The notes: a model not told the origin generated them from the sequence alone. A stretch of DNA of 32,000 nt from Opitutales bacterium (GCA_965219535.1 CBDCNV010000002.1:1560001-1592000), one strand, 5' to 3'; positions 1 to 9,798 are shown, counted from the first letter of the stretch. Numbers and translations are program-made.

Positions 1-236
1 CCCTCCATAAGCATCCGCATGAACAGGCGGGTATGCTGTTAAAAGGGAGAATGGAACTGACGATTGGCGATGAATCAAATTTATGTGAAGCTGGGGAGAT
101 GTTCATTATCCCGGCCAATACACCGCACACCGCAAAACCAGTGGATGGACCAGCTGTCGTCCTGGACGTTTTCAGCCCGGTGCGTGAAGATTATGCCGCG
201 CTCTTCAATAAGTATGTCCGTGAAGAACCGGTTTAG
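1..236 (+). CDS. cupin domain protein, 5' end cut by the window edge
   Basis: Frame 3 is open from nt 3 (LHKHPHEQAGMLLKG...). This gives a cupin motif-1-like H-x-H-x3-E followed by 'GEMFIIPANTPH'. Stop TAG at 234-236. Confidence 0.7.
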   Translation, partial: LHKHPHEQAGMLLKGRMELTIGDESNLCEAGEMFIIPANTPHTAKPVDGPAVVLDVFSPVREDYAALFNKYVREEPV

Positions 237-251
237 TTTTATAGATTTAAT

Positions 252-290
252 AATGGAGGGACGCACTCCGTTGCGTCCGCAAAATAATTA
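252..290. repeat. REP-like palindromic unit, short-loop form
   Basis: AATGGAGGGACGCAC-tccgt-TGCGTCCGCAaAATAATTA. The 7-bp stem GGACGCA/TGCGTCC lies at 259-278. The same flanks recur, inverted, around 1270-1350 with a much longer loop. Confidence 0.75.
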
Positions 291-330
291 AAAATTGTTA
301 TCCAGTCTATTTTCTTACCTAACGGCCACG

Positions 331-394
331 ATCAGCCGTCGTCCCGTCCCGCGGTCGGGCAGGACTATGGCCGACAGGCTACACTTGGCCCTCC
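331..394. repeat. GC-rich repeat segment with core CTATGGCCGACAGGC
   Basis: ATCAGCCG...CTATGGCCGACAGGC (core at 365-379). It is alignable with 1291-1345 (core at 1313-1327) and with a degenerate copy at 5731-5745. Confidence 0.7.
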
Positions 395-413
395 AACAAT
401 TAATTATATCAAG

Positions 414-1046
414 GTGAATTGTCCACTCTGTCATACAAGCGGTGGTATAGATTATTATGAAGATGCTAAGCGCAAATACAGGCAGTGTGAAATCTGTGAC
501 CTGGTCTACGTACCTAAAGAATATTATTTATCGAGGGATAAGGAAAAGGCGGTCTATGATCAGCATCAGAACTCTCCGGACGATTCCGAATACCGACAGT
601 TTTTAAGTCGCCTTTTCAATCCCCTAGTGGACCGGATTAAACCCAAAAGCAGGGGTCTTGATTTTGGGTCGGGACCGGGGCCGACCCTATCCGTGATGTT
701 TGAAGAAGCTGATCATGAAATGGCAATTTATGATTCGTTTTACTCGAGGGATGAAACTGTGTGGGATGTGAATTATGATTTTATAACGGTCACTGAAGTG
801 GTGGAACACCTGCATCACCCGGGAAAAGTACTGGATCGATTGTGGTCTTGTTTAGGACCTGGAGGGTTGTTTGGGGTGATGACGAAATTAGTGATTAACC
901 GGGAGGCATTTGCGGACTGGCATTATAAATTGGATCCGACGCACGTTAGTTTTTTTTCAGTGAATACATTTACCTGGCTGGGAAAACATTGGCATACCAA
1001 AGCAGAGTTTGTTGATAGTGATGTAATCCTGCTAAGGAAAAATTGA
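414..1046 (+). CDS. class I SAM-dependent methyltransferase with an N-terminal zinc-ribbon-like CxxC pair
   Basis: GTG start. 'CPLC...CEIC' is followed by SAM motif I 'GLDFGSGPG' and by 'VTEVVEHL'. Confidence 0.75.
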   Translation: MNCPLCHTSGGIDYYEDAKRKYRQCEICDLVYVPKEYYLSRDKEKAVYDQHQNSPDDSEYRQFLSRLFNPLVDRIKPKSRGLDFGSGPGPTLSVMFEEADHEMAIYDSFYSRDETVWDVNYDFITVTEVVEHLHHPGKVLDRLWSCLGPGGLFGVMTKLVINREAFADWHYKLDPTHVSFFSVNTFTWLGKHWHTKAEFVDSDVILLRKN

Positions 1047-1173
1047 TTGGGATAGGAAGTACTATTGGTGGCAAAATTTATAAAACAATAATAATTAAAA
1101 CAGTGGATACAACGGAATGCGTCCCACCATTTTTCATTCACCATTACATTTAAAATGATTGTACCATTATGCA

Positions 1174-1206
1174 GACGAAGACGAAGACGAGGACAAAGAC
1201 GAAGAG
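1174..1206. repeat. imperfect GACGAA hexanucleotide tandem repeat
   Basis: GACGAAGACGAAGACGAGGACAAAGACGAAGAG. A second shorter run, GACGAAGACGAAGAG ... GACGAAGA, lies at 1389-1420. Both are in the AT-rich spacer. Confidence 0.8.
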
Positions 1207-1269
1207 ATATTTAACAGGCTACGCTCCGTTGTGGCCATAAGGCAAAATGAATTTTTAGCAGTGAAAAGT

Positions 1270-1350
1270 AATAATTATTACTGCGGACGCAATCAGCCGA
1301 CGCCCCCCTGGGCTATGGCCGACAGGCATCCGTGCGTCCCTCCATTTTTC
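1270..1350. repeat. REP-like palindromic unit, long-loop form, inverted relative to 252-290
   Basis: The reverse complement reads AATGGAGGGACGCAC-[41 nt containing the CTATGGCCGACAGGC core]-TGCGTCCGCAgtAATAATTA. Stem arms lie at 1285-1291 and 1333-1339. A half copy, ATGCGTCCCaCCATTTTTC, lies at 1117-1135. Confidence 0.75.
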
Positions 1351-1470
1351 TGTCACTATTAATCAATAGTTGAAAGCACCCTATCTTGGACGAAGACGAA
1401 GAGGCAGGTGCTGACGAAGATTTAGTTGCACATTACTCAGTTTTAATAATATAAATTTGTTAAAATTATA

Positions 1471-2304
1471 ATGAAATTATCCCCCGAGGAAATTAACTTT
1501 TTTAAAGAAGAAGGTTATCTCATCAAACGAAAGGTCATGGATGAAGCTCTCATGGCTAAAGCTCGGGATAGATTGTGGGACAACAAGCCGGTTGAATTGG
1601 ATCGCAATAAGCCCGAGACCTGGGTGGGGCCGATTAAAGCGTATAAGGGAAAGATTGATGTCAAGAGTGATAAAAGTAAAGATTCCATTGGCAAGGGTAA
1701 TGACGGTAAAAATTTTAGTTGGCAGTTTCGCAGTATTGGTGACGAAGATTGGATAGTACGAATGCTGGCGACAGATCCCTCGATTTGGGATATGGCTGAA
1801 CAGGTTTTAGGGGTGGGAAAAGTTCAAATCCCTGACCAGATACGGGGTATTTATTGCACCCTCCCAGAAGGAGATATTCCTCTTCAACCCCACAGATGCC
1901 ATACGGATGCGCACGCGTTCCATCTTGGGGTAGTCGGTTACATCGATGATGTGCAACCCAATGGCGGCGGATTTATAATCTGGCCCAAAAGCCACCGGAC
2001 TTTCTATTACGCTTATCAGACTCAACACGGAAACGATCAGGCCGTTCAATACGATGAGTGTATCGAGAAATTCAACCAGCTGCCCTATGTCGAATGCCAT
2101 GGTGAGGCAGGTGACATTGTTTTTTGGCATCATCGATTGGCGCATACCGCCGGACATAACCGTTCGCAGGTGATTCGAAAAGCAGTGCTGTATGATTTTC
2201 GGAAAGTAGACCTCGAAGAAAAAACGAAGGAACCACCGTGCGAGGATATGTGGAGGGACTGGCCTGGGGTTCAGCAGAGCGATACAGTTAGCAAAGTGAT
2301 TTGA
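1471..2304 (+). CDS. phytanoyl-CoA dioxygenase (PhyH) family Fe(II)/2OG dioxygenase
   Basis: N-terminal 'FFKEEGYLI'. H-x-D appears in 'HRCHTDAH', followed by 'WPKSH' and a distal His block 'WHHRLAHTAGHN'. Confidence 0.8.
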   Translation: MKLSPEEINFFKEEGYLIKRKVMDEALMAKARDRLWDNKPVELDRNKPETWVGPIKAYKGKIDVKSDKSKDSIGKGNDGKNFSWQFRSIGDEDWIVRMLATDPSIWDMAEQVLGVGKVQIPDQIRGIYCTLPEGDIPLQPHRCHTDAHAFHLGVVGYIDDVQPNGGGFIIWPKSHRTFYYAYQTQHGNDQAVQYDECIEKFNQLPYVECHGEAGDIVFWHHRLAHTAGHNRSQVIRKAVLYDFRKVDLEEKTKEPPCEDMWRDWPGVQQSDTVSKVI

Positions 2305-2363
2305 ATCTTCAATTGGTCAATAGAGGATTCAAGGTAGCACAAATTACCGTGCCAATAAATAGT

Positions 2364-3848
2364 ATGCAGAGTAATAGACTTCGTATAAATCTTCTTCTAA
2401 GTTGTGTGCTAGCACTGGGGGTGGGTTGTGTGCCCGAATCGATCGACCAAGGGGTCCGTCTCAATGATGTCCACTCGCGGTTGAATCCGACAACGGTTGC
2501 CCAGTATTACGAACCCCAATCTGCAAGGGAGATTGCCGCGATCGTTAAGCGTGCGAAACGATTGGGTAACGCGGTAAGCATAAGTGGCGGTCGTCACGCT
2601 ATGGGTGGACAGCAGTTTGGCGTAGGAACAACCCATATTAATTTATCGCAATTTAATGAGGTGCTGTCTCTGGATGAAAAACGAGGACTCATCACGGTCG
2701 AGTCTGGCATGCAATGGCCGGTATTAATGCAATGGCTATTAACGGAGCAAGAAGGTCGCGAAAAGCAGTGGGGGATTCGTCAAAAGCAAACCGGAGCTGA
2801 TGGTTTATCAATTGGCGGTGCGCTATCTGCGAATGCTCATGGTAGAGGCCTCACCTTAAAGCCGATGATTGGCGATGTCGAATCTTTCAATCTCGTCGAT
2901 GCCGACGGAAAAGTGCGAGAATGCAGTCGTGACAAAAATCGCGAGCTTTTCAGTCTGGCGATAGGGGGGTATGGATTATTTGGCGTTATTACAGAAGTGA
3001 CACTTCGATTGTCTCCGCGCCAGGCGCTGGTTCGCGATGTAGAGATGATCACCGTAGACGAGGTGCCGGAAAAAGTAGAGGAGCGCATACGCGAGGGATA
3101 TATTTATGGTGACTACCAGTTTATGACTGATGAGGCATCACCCGATTTTCTGAGTCGCGGTGTGTTTTCGTTTTACAAGCCAACGAATAAAGTTGTTCCC
3201 GACAGGCAGTCCCAAAATAAACTGAGTAAGGAAAACTGGATTCAGCTTTACCAAGTGGCGCACGTAAACAAATCAAAAGCATTTGATCTTTACAGCCAAT
3301 TTTATTTAACCACCGATGGTCAGATCTATTGGAGCGACACTCACCAGCTCAGTACCTATCTGCAAGGGTATGATGGGGTGATCGATCTAATGCTCAAATC
3401 ACGCGCACCCGGTAGCTTGATGATTTGTGAGTACTACGTCCCACGGTCAAGACTCCCCGATTTTTTCAAACGAATGGGAGCAGCACTTATCGAGACGAAA
3501 GCAAATTTGATTTATGGGACCGTTCGTTACATTGAGGAGGACAATGAATCCTACCTCGCATGGGCCAAGCAGTCATACGCCTGCACGGTCATCAATCTCA
3601 GGGTAGTGCATGACGAAAAAGGAATTGAAGAAGCAAAAAAGCAATTCCGAACGATCACCGATATTGCACTAGATATGGATGGCAGTTACTTTCTGACTTA
3701 TCACCGATGGGCGACCAAGGATCAGGTCTTGAAAGCCTATCCACAGTTCCCTCAGTTCATCCAAAAAAAGCTTCAATTCGATCCGGAGGAACGCTTTCAA
3801 AGCGAGTGGTACCGTCATTATCGAGCGATGTTTGAGGGGAGTGAATGA
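2364..3848 (+). CDS. FAD-linked oxidase (PCMH/FAD_binding_4 type), probably exported or a lipoprotein
   Basis: 'VSISGGRHAMGGQQFG' and 'GGYGLFGVITEVTLRL' are FAD-oxidase blocks. ATG 2364 yields the signal-like peptide MQSNRLRINLLLSCVLALGVGC. The track start TTG 2301 overlaps the upstream stop and remains an alternative. Confidence 0.75.
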   Translation: MQSNRLRINLLLSCVLALGVGCVPESIDQGVRLNDVHSRLNPTTVAQYYEPQSAREIAAIVKRAKRLGNAVSISGGRHAMGGQQFGVGTTHINLSQFNEVLSLDEKRGLITVESGMQWPVLMQWLLTEQEGREKQWGIRQKQTGADGLSIGGALSANAHGRGLTLKPMIGDVESFNLVDADGKVRECSRDKNRELFSLAIGGYGLFGVITEVTLRLSPRQALVRDVEMITVDEVPEKVEERIREGYIYGDYQFMTDEASPDFLSRGVFSFYKPTNKVVPDRQSQNKLSKENWIQLYQVAHVNKSKAFDLYSQFYLTTDGQIYWSDTHQLSTYLQGYDGVIDLMLKSRAPGSLMICEYYVPRSRLPDFFKRMGAALIETKANLIYGTVRYIEEDNESYLAWAKQSYACTVINLRVVHDEKGIEEAKKQFRTITDIALDMDGSYFLTYHRWATKDQVLKAYPQFPQFIQKKLQFDPEERFQSEWYRHYRAMFEGSE

Positions 3849-4753
3849 AAGGCGGGCGACCAAGCGAGACCGCGCTTCTGATCGCAAAAAGCACAGTGAC
3901 AACGGCCGCGAATTCCAGAATTGGGACATTTGTTACAACTGAAGCGGCCGAGACCTGTGAGTGGTTTTTGAGAGATCACCTCTTGTTTGGAAGACTGCGC
4001 TTGGGATTATTCAGGAGCGCCTGGTACCAGGCTTACCAGAGGGCACTCGAGTCGCAAATCATTCCCGGGATTCAACTCCACTACGCATTGCGAAAGCTGC
4101 AGTTGGAGCGATTTGCACAAATATCGCTAGAGCGCAACGCCCGACAGGTAATTGTCCTGGGCGCTGGATTTGATACCTTGTGCCTGCGGCTCACGGACCA
4201 GTATAGGCAGGTTACTTTTATTGAGATTGACCATCCCAATACGCAAATGCTGAAGGTGCAGAGTTTAAGCGAACGTGGAAAGCAACCGGACAATCTACAT
4301 TTTATTTCAAACGATTTTATGGAGATAGATTTATCAGCTGTCCTTCAAGACAGTGATAGTATCGATAAAAAAGCTCCAACACTTATTATTGCCGAGGGAC
4401 TTTTGATGTATCTCAACGAGCAAGTCGTAGGAAAGCTTCTTAATACGATGAGGGATACGTTTCAAAGTGGTTGTTTCGTCGCATTCACCTTTATGGTACC
4501 CGATGATTCTGGAAAGATTCGATTTCATAACTCGAGCCGACTCGTTGATTGGTGGCTGCAATTCAAGAATGAACCATTCACCTGGGGGATGAAGGTAAAG
4601 GATGTGAATAAATTTCTTTCCTCCTGTGGTTTTACCTTAATTGAAATCGTCGATGATGACGTATTGAGGAAAACATATTTAGACCCCAATGGGGTAGGAC
4701 AAGCTACACTAGCTGTCGGCGAGTACCTCGGATTTGCTGAAGTAGGGATATGA
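3845..4753 (+). CDS. SAM-dependent O-methyltransferase (leucine carboxyl MT / TIGR00027-like)
   Basis: 'VIVLGAGFDTLCLRL', 'EIDHPNT' and 'IIAEGLLMYL'. The start ATG overlaps the upstream stop (ATGA). Confidence 0.75.
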   Translation: MKGGRPSETALLIAKSTVTTAANSRIGTFVTTEAAETCEWFLRDHLLFGRLRLGLFRSAWYQAYQRALESQIIPGIQLHYALRKLQLERFAQISLERNARQVIVLGAGFDTLCLRLTDQYRQVTFIEIDHPNTQMLKVQSLSERGKQPDNLHFISNDFMEIDLSAVLQDSDSIDKKAPTLIIAEGLLMYLNEQVVGKLLNTMRDTFQSGCFVAFTFMVPDDSGKIRFHNSSRLVDWWLQFKNEPFTWGMKVKDVNKFLSSCGFTLIEIVDDDVLRKTYLDPNGVGQATLAVGEYLGFAEVGI

Positions 4754-5424
4754 ATATTACTGAACCGGCCACTTTTGCCACGGACTTGCTTATCAGCGGA
4801 TTTTCCTGTTTTTTTCTGCTGCAACTCATACGTAAATATCGAGACGCGCATTCACTCTCCGTTTTATTTTGGGCTTTGGGATTTTGTTCTTTAACCATAA
4901 GTGCATTAATGGGTGCGATCTTTCACGGCAGTGGTTACTGGTTTGAGCAGTCACTCCGCGATGCCATCTGGATGGTGACGCTCGTTACGATGATCGCAAT
5001 GAGTGCCTTTCTTCTGAGTGCAGTCGCTTTTAATGCTCTGGAGGGAAGGTATAAGACGGCGGCATTGTCGTTGATTATTGTGAAAGCGGTGGTTGTATTA
5101 ATCTGGATGCTGAACGATACCCGATTCGTTGTTGCGATCTGTGATTATGGTGCTTCGATGGCATGTATCGCGGTTATGGCAATACTCAGACTTCGTGGAA
5201 GCTGGAAGAAACCCGGCCGGTGGATACTCAGCGCGATTGCTTTGTCAATCGTGGGTAGTGTCATCCAGATAATGAAGTTGGCACCGCACCCGCACTTTAA
5301 TCACAACGATGTTTTTCACCTCATACAACTCGCAGGTAATTGGCTTTTTTATCGAGCGGCCCTGGTTTCCACCGACCGAAGTGGTAAAGTGAATGAGGAA
5401 TTAGAAATGATGAATGAGAAATGA
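4750..5424 (+). CDS. seven-TM integral membrane protein of unknown function
   Basis: Seven hydrophobic segments by eye. The His-rich stretch 'HPHFNHNDVFH' precedes the last segment. ATGA overlap with the upstream gene. Confidence 0.6.
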   Translation: MNITEPATFATDLLISGFSCFFLLQLIRKYRDAHSLSVLFWALGFCSLTISALMGAIFHGSGYWFEQSLRDAIWMVTLVTMIAMSAFLLSAVAFNALEGRYKTAALSLIIVKAVVVLIWMLNDTRFVVAICDYGASMACIAVMAILRLRGSWKKPGRWILSAIALSIVGSVIQIMKLAPHPHFNHNDVFHLIQLAGNWLFYRAALVSTDRSGKVNEELEMMNEK

Positions 5425-5711
5425 TAAGTGAAAAACGGGGTGAGGATTCTGACGTAATCTTCCTTACTTTTCTTCGAAAAAAACATTCTGTGAGAGTGAA
5501 TGGGTTTTGTCTCAAAACTGAAATGTGTATAAGCGTATTTTCGATGATGGAGTAATAAGTAAAACACTAGGATGATTATGATTCCTCTTTTGTCATTGCG
5601 AAGGAGGCATAGCCGACTGCGGCAATCTAGGGGGCTGTCAATACGTATCCGAATTCCCCTGGAATGGAAGATGTCGCGTTTCACGCTCGGTAGCCACTGT
5701 TGACAAGCAAC

Positions 5712-5750
5712 CTCCCCCCGTCGCGCGAGGCTATGGAGGACAGGCGCGAT
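5712..5750. repeat. degenerate third copy of the CTATGG..GACAGGC repeat core
   Basis: CCTCCCCCCGTCGCGCGAGGCTATGGAGGACAGGCGCG, compared with CGACGCCCCCCTGGGCTATGGCCGACAGGC at 1298-1327. Confidence 0.5.
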
Positions 5751-5846
5751 GACAAATGTAAACAATCGAAAGTCGGTAATGGAGTGGGATTGACCTTTTT
5801 TTGGCTTCCCCCGATCTATAAATTTACTAAGAGTAAATATCGTTAT

Positions 5847-6620
5847 ATGAAATTTTCAGGAAAAATGGAACAGGCATTGGCTGACCTCGGCGTCACGTCG
5901 GATCTTTTGATGGAGGATGAAAGGAAATTTCTCGATGAGCAGGGTTATTTAATTATTCACGACGTACTTTCACCCGATCAGATCCAAGCATTTACTGTAC
6001 GACTTGATGAGTTGGCGAAACTGGAAGGAGAAGATGCAGGGAAGGAAGTCCATCAGGAAGAAGGGACTGACAGGTTGAGTAACCTTATCGATAAAGACCC
6101 CATGTTCGAAGTCTGTATTACTCATCCAAAGGTGCTTGCCGGCATCGCGCATGTCTTGCAAAAAGATTTTAAACTTTCGTCGTTAAACAGTCGCGCCTCA
6201 TTGCCGGGATCGGGACATCAACGATTTCATACTGATTACAGTAAACCGGTAAAGCCTGGCGAATACGTTGTCTGTAATTCTATCTGGTTAATCGATGATT
6301 TTAATAAGACTAATGGCGCGACAAGGGTAGTTCCCGGCAGTCACCGGAAAGAAAAATTACCACAGGACGAGATGGACGATATTCATGCCTCGCATCCTGA
6401 CGAAATACAATTACTTGCACCTGCGGGAACGGTTGTCGTTTTTAACTCTCATCTCTGGCATGGAGGTACTAAGAATGAGAGTAGGGCACGGAGACACGCC
6501 ATGCACTCCTACTTTTGCCACCGTGAATATGAGCAGCAGCTCAATCAACACGAGTACCTGAGACCGGAAACTGTAAACCGACTTTCAGTTGCAACCCGTT
6601 GGATACTCGATGTAGGTTGA
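5847..6620 (+). CDS. PhyH family Fe(II)/2OG dioxygenase
   Basis: 'FLDEQGYLIIHDVL', H-x-D in 'RFHTDYS', 'VVPGSH' and a distal 'HLWHGGTKN'. The start is ATG 5847 or ATG 5865. The TTG 5700 start in the track runs through a repeat-bearing spacer and is unlikely. Confidence 0.75.
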   Translation: MKFSGKMEQALADLGVTSDLLMEDERKFLDEQGYLIIHDVLSPDQIQAFTVRLDELAKLEGEDAGKEVHQEEGTDRLSNLIDKDPMFEVCITHPKVLAGIAHVLQKDFKLSSLNSRASLPGSGHQRFHTDYSKPVKPGEYVVCNSIWLIDDFNKTNGATRVVPGSHRKEKLPQDEMDDIHASHPDEIQLLAPAGTVVVFNSHLWHGGTKNESRARRHAMHSYFCHREYEQQLNQHEYLRPETVNRLSVATRWILDVG

Positions 6621-6633
6621 AGGCTTTCAACTC

Positions 6634-8879
6634 TCATGGCGCTTGTGCGCCTTGCTTCACTTTATCGATTAGTTCGAAATTGAGAGCCGTGGTCTGCATC
6701 CGCCGCAAAGAGAACTTTTGAATTTTACCATGACCGTAAGACAGGGCTTGATTATCATCTGTAACTGGAAAGCCCATCGAAGCATAGCGTTTACACTCCT
6801 CGGCATTCAGGCGAATGGCCTTTTGTACCGCTTCCCGGGTTAACAATCGCTGACGTTCGTGGCGTGAAAAACCCGGCCAAGTTGCACCAAAATTTTCGTC
6901 GTATGGTCCCCAGCGCCCTAAGAGAATACCGGTACCATCACGCGGTTCCACCCAGAGTACGGTTTGTTCAAAGACAGCCTGGAAAGCGGCTGTTATGTAG
7001 ACACTATGTTCAGGTGTAACGAGGTGAAAAGGAAGCCACTGAGCGACAATGGCACCCTCTTTTAGACGCGTTGCCATGACCTCGTAAAATTCCTGCGCAT
7101 AAAGAGCATTTGATCCTGCAAAGTTTGGGGGCATGGGTTCCAAGGTGATAATATCATAGCTGCTATTCGTTCGTCTCAACCAGGCTCTTCCATCCATTGT
7201 GATACTCTGGACACGTGGATCGTCGAGCACACCGTGGTTCGAGGTAAAGTGTTTTGCCATCGCAAAGACAGCGGGATTGATGTCGACGATATCGAGCTGT
7301 TCCGGCTCTTCATCTCTCACCGCATGGGCGGTTCTACCGGTACCGAAACAAATAACAAGAGCCTCTTTAGGATCGGGATGCATGAGCATAGGGAGCCGCC
7401 CCATCCAATCCATATAATCGGTATAATCCGTTTCACCGGTTGTTGTGAAACCATCAATAAGTAAAATGCGCCCCTGTTCTGTATCCACAGTCGCCGAGGT
7501 GACATCGGCTCCTTCGTGAATCTCAATAATCTGATGGGGTTTGTTGCGCACCGCGCGCCCTTGCGCTCGGTAACGGCCAACGCCGGAATCAAAAGCAATC
7601 GCTACAAAGAGCGAAGCTCCCCCAAGAAAGAGACCGACAAAACGTTTTCGTCCTTGCATTAACCCGAAGGCAAATAAGAGCAACAAGATAGCAGTAAACC
7701 AGGCAGTACGGCTCGAACCTATGGTCGGTAACAAAAGCCAGGCCGCAAATATGGATCCAGTAATAGCGCCCAAAGTGTTCAGACCATAATACAATGCCCA
7801 CTGCTTTGGCGTTTCTGACAAGTCGAGAATCCAAGGAAGCGTTACTCCAATGACTAAAATAGGCGGGCCCATAACGCCGAGGGAAAGTCCTAACCAGCCC
7901 GCGGTCCGCACCCAATAATTTCCTGGAAAACGAGCGAACAAATCGAAACGTTCAATAAGCGGTGTAGCCATTAAGATAAGACAACCCGCGAGGAATAAAA
8001 TCCAACTCAGAGCCACCCCCAGTTTACGCAATCGGTTGGCTAGAGCGGCACCTAGAGCTAAACTGACAAGCACGGCAAACAAGACCAAGGCAAAGACTTC
8101 GGTGGTGCTTGAAAAGGCGGCTCGAATAGAGCGAAACCAAATGACTTCGAGGGTAAAGGTAACAAAGCCGGTAAGAAACACCGCGACACAAGCGGAACGA
8201 GGCGACAGCTCTAAATGATCCATAACATGTCGGTCAACCTTTGCTGGTATTTCAACTTTTGGCTTTCGTATCCAAGCAGCGATGACGATTGCAAATAGGG
8301 CGACGGAGAAATTGATCATGCTGATCACCGTTGTCGTGAAAATAACTCCCCAATTTGGAAAGAAAACAAATGCCAACAAATACACGCCCAAAGCGGCTCC
8401 GGCCGTGTTGATCGCGTAAAGCCGCGCCAGTGACAGATTAAAGTTGCGAGCCAAGAGCCCAATAACCGGAATGGTCGCGCCCATGGCCATCGCCGGAAGG
8501 CTCAAGAGAAGAGACACGCCAATAATATTAAAGAGAGAGGCCAATGCTGGAAATTGCCGATAAACTTCACCATCAAGATAGGATAAGAGCGTGAATCCCG
8601 GTTTTAACAACAACCGGACACACCAATGATCCCTTCGAGAAGCGCATAGAGCCGCAGTGGAACAACGGTATTTTGCCGACTCAGCAACGATCCCATTAAG
8701 AACGAGCCAACAGTCATGCCCCCCATCGTTGTCGCAAGGGTGATCGCCGTCCCTTCCGCTGACACGCCAAAGGTCAGCGATGCATAATGCTGCCATAACA
8801 ACTCCCACGACAAAGCCGCAATCCCGGCACAAAATACAAGTATGGCCAGCCCAACACCTTTTGACTTTAAGACATTCAC
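6634..8879 (-). pseudogene. fused polytopic-membrane / spermidine-synthase-like protein, split by a 1-nt frameshift near 8613
   Basis: The 91-aa ORF (8604-8879) ends ...YALLEGIIGVSGCC*. The 732-aa frame continues LLLKPGFTLLSYL... one base out of frame. The C-terminal part carries a spermidine-synthase-like block 'LVICFGTGRTA...DIVDINP...DIITLEP'. Confidence 0.7.
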
Positions 8880-9018
8880 TTTAATCTGGAAAATGTTAAC
8901 TGACTAACCGCTGCTGCTCGGTGAAAACCCGTTTTAGGTAAAATTAGCTAAGCTCATCTTTTTAATTGCCGTCATTTTATTCGTCTTAAAGAATGTAACT
9001 AAATAAACAGGAACATAA

Positions 9019-9798
9019 TTGGAAGATTATACGCAATATAAAGAGAGCTACGATCGCGATGGATTTGTCTTAATACGAAACTTTCTATCGGCGGATGAAT
9101 GCGAGCCGTTGTTCGCAGCCCTCGATCGCTATATCCGCGAGGTGGTACCTTTAATTCCAGACGAGTCCGCTTTCTACCAGGACAAGTCACGACCCGAGAC
9201 GCTGAAGCAGATGCACCATCTAGCAAAATATGAACCGTACTTCGAGGAGTATAGTCGCCACCAAAAATGGAATGTCCTGGCCAGAACCTTGATCGGCGAG
9301 GAAGCTCACTCAGCAGGTCCCGAGTGGTTTAACAAGCCGCCGAAAACAGACCATCCCACACCGCCTCACCAGGACAACTTTTATTTTAAGCTCAGCCCTC
9401 CTAATGCTGCCTCGGTCTGGATGGCTATCGATCCGGTCGACGAGGAAAACGGATGTTTACGCTACAATCCCGGTTCTCACCTGCGAGGTATTCGTCCGCA
9501 CGCACTGACATCCGTCCTTGGATTTTCGCAGGGCATTACCGATTACGAATCTAAAGATGAAGCGATGGAAGTGATGGTGGAAATGCAACCGGGTGATGCC
9601 GTTGTCCATCACGGAGATGTCATCCATCGCGCCGAACCGAACAAATCAACTACCCGACATCGTCGAGCTTTTGCTATGATATACTATGGCGTGAGTTGTA
9701 AAGTTGACGAGGAGGCAAAGCAGATACTTGATGAAAACTTAAAAAACCAGCATCGTGAGATGGGACTTGATACCGAAACATCTGTGATTAACAGTTGA
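9019..9798 (+). CDS. PhyH family dioxygenase, tandem paralog 1
   Basis: TTG start. 'DGFVLIRNFL', H-x-D in 'PPHQDNFYF', 'NPGSH' and distal 'VVHHGDVIHRAEPN'. Confidence 0.8.
   Translation: MEDYTQYKESYDRDGFVLIRNFLSADECEPLFAALDRYIREVVPLIPDESAFYQDKSRPETLKQMHHLAKYEPYFEEYSRHQKWNVLARTLIGEEAHSAGPEWFNKPPKTDHPTPPHQDNFYFKLSPPNAASVWMAIDPVDEENGCLRYNPGSHLRGIRPHALTSVLGFSQGITDYESKDEAMEVMVEMQPGDAVVHHGDVIHRAEPNKSTTRHRRAFAMIYYGVSCKVDEEAKQILDENLKNQHREMGLDTETSVINS

Noticed and set aside
1159-1362. 67-aa ORF (MYHYADEDEDEDKDEE...)
   Set aside because: The acidic run is just the translation of the GACGAA hexamer repeat, and the rest reads through REP-like repeats. There is no coding-like context.
5700-5705. Sigma-70-type promoter calls, for example the consensus TTGACA at 5700 and TATAAA at 5815
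   Set aside because: No properly spaced partner hexamer is present (21 nt between TTGACC and TATAAA). Promoter consensus for this lineage is unknown to me, so no promoter is reported.
5349-5765. 138-aa minus-strand ORF in the 5425-5846 spacer
   Set aside because: It overlaps the 3' end of the 7-TM gene, has no recognisable motif, runs through repeat-like sequence and has an odd composition.
6616-6631. GTTGAA-ggct-TTCAAC hairpin between convergent genes as a bidirectional terminator
   Set aside because: The stem is only 6 bp, it overlaps the stop codon and it has no U-tract. This is too weak to call.
8604-8640. Programmed -1 ribosomal frameshift in the spermidine-synthase-like gene
   Set aside because: There is no slippery heptamer and no obvious downstream structure. 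A simple 1-nt indel is the more economical explanation.
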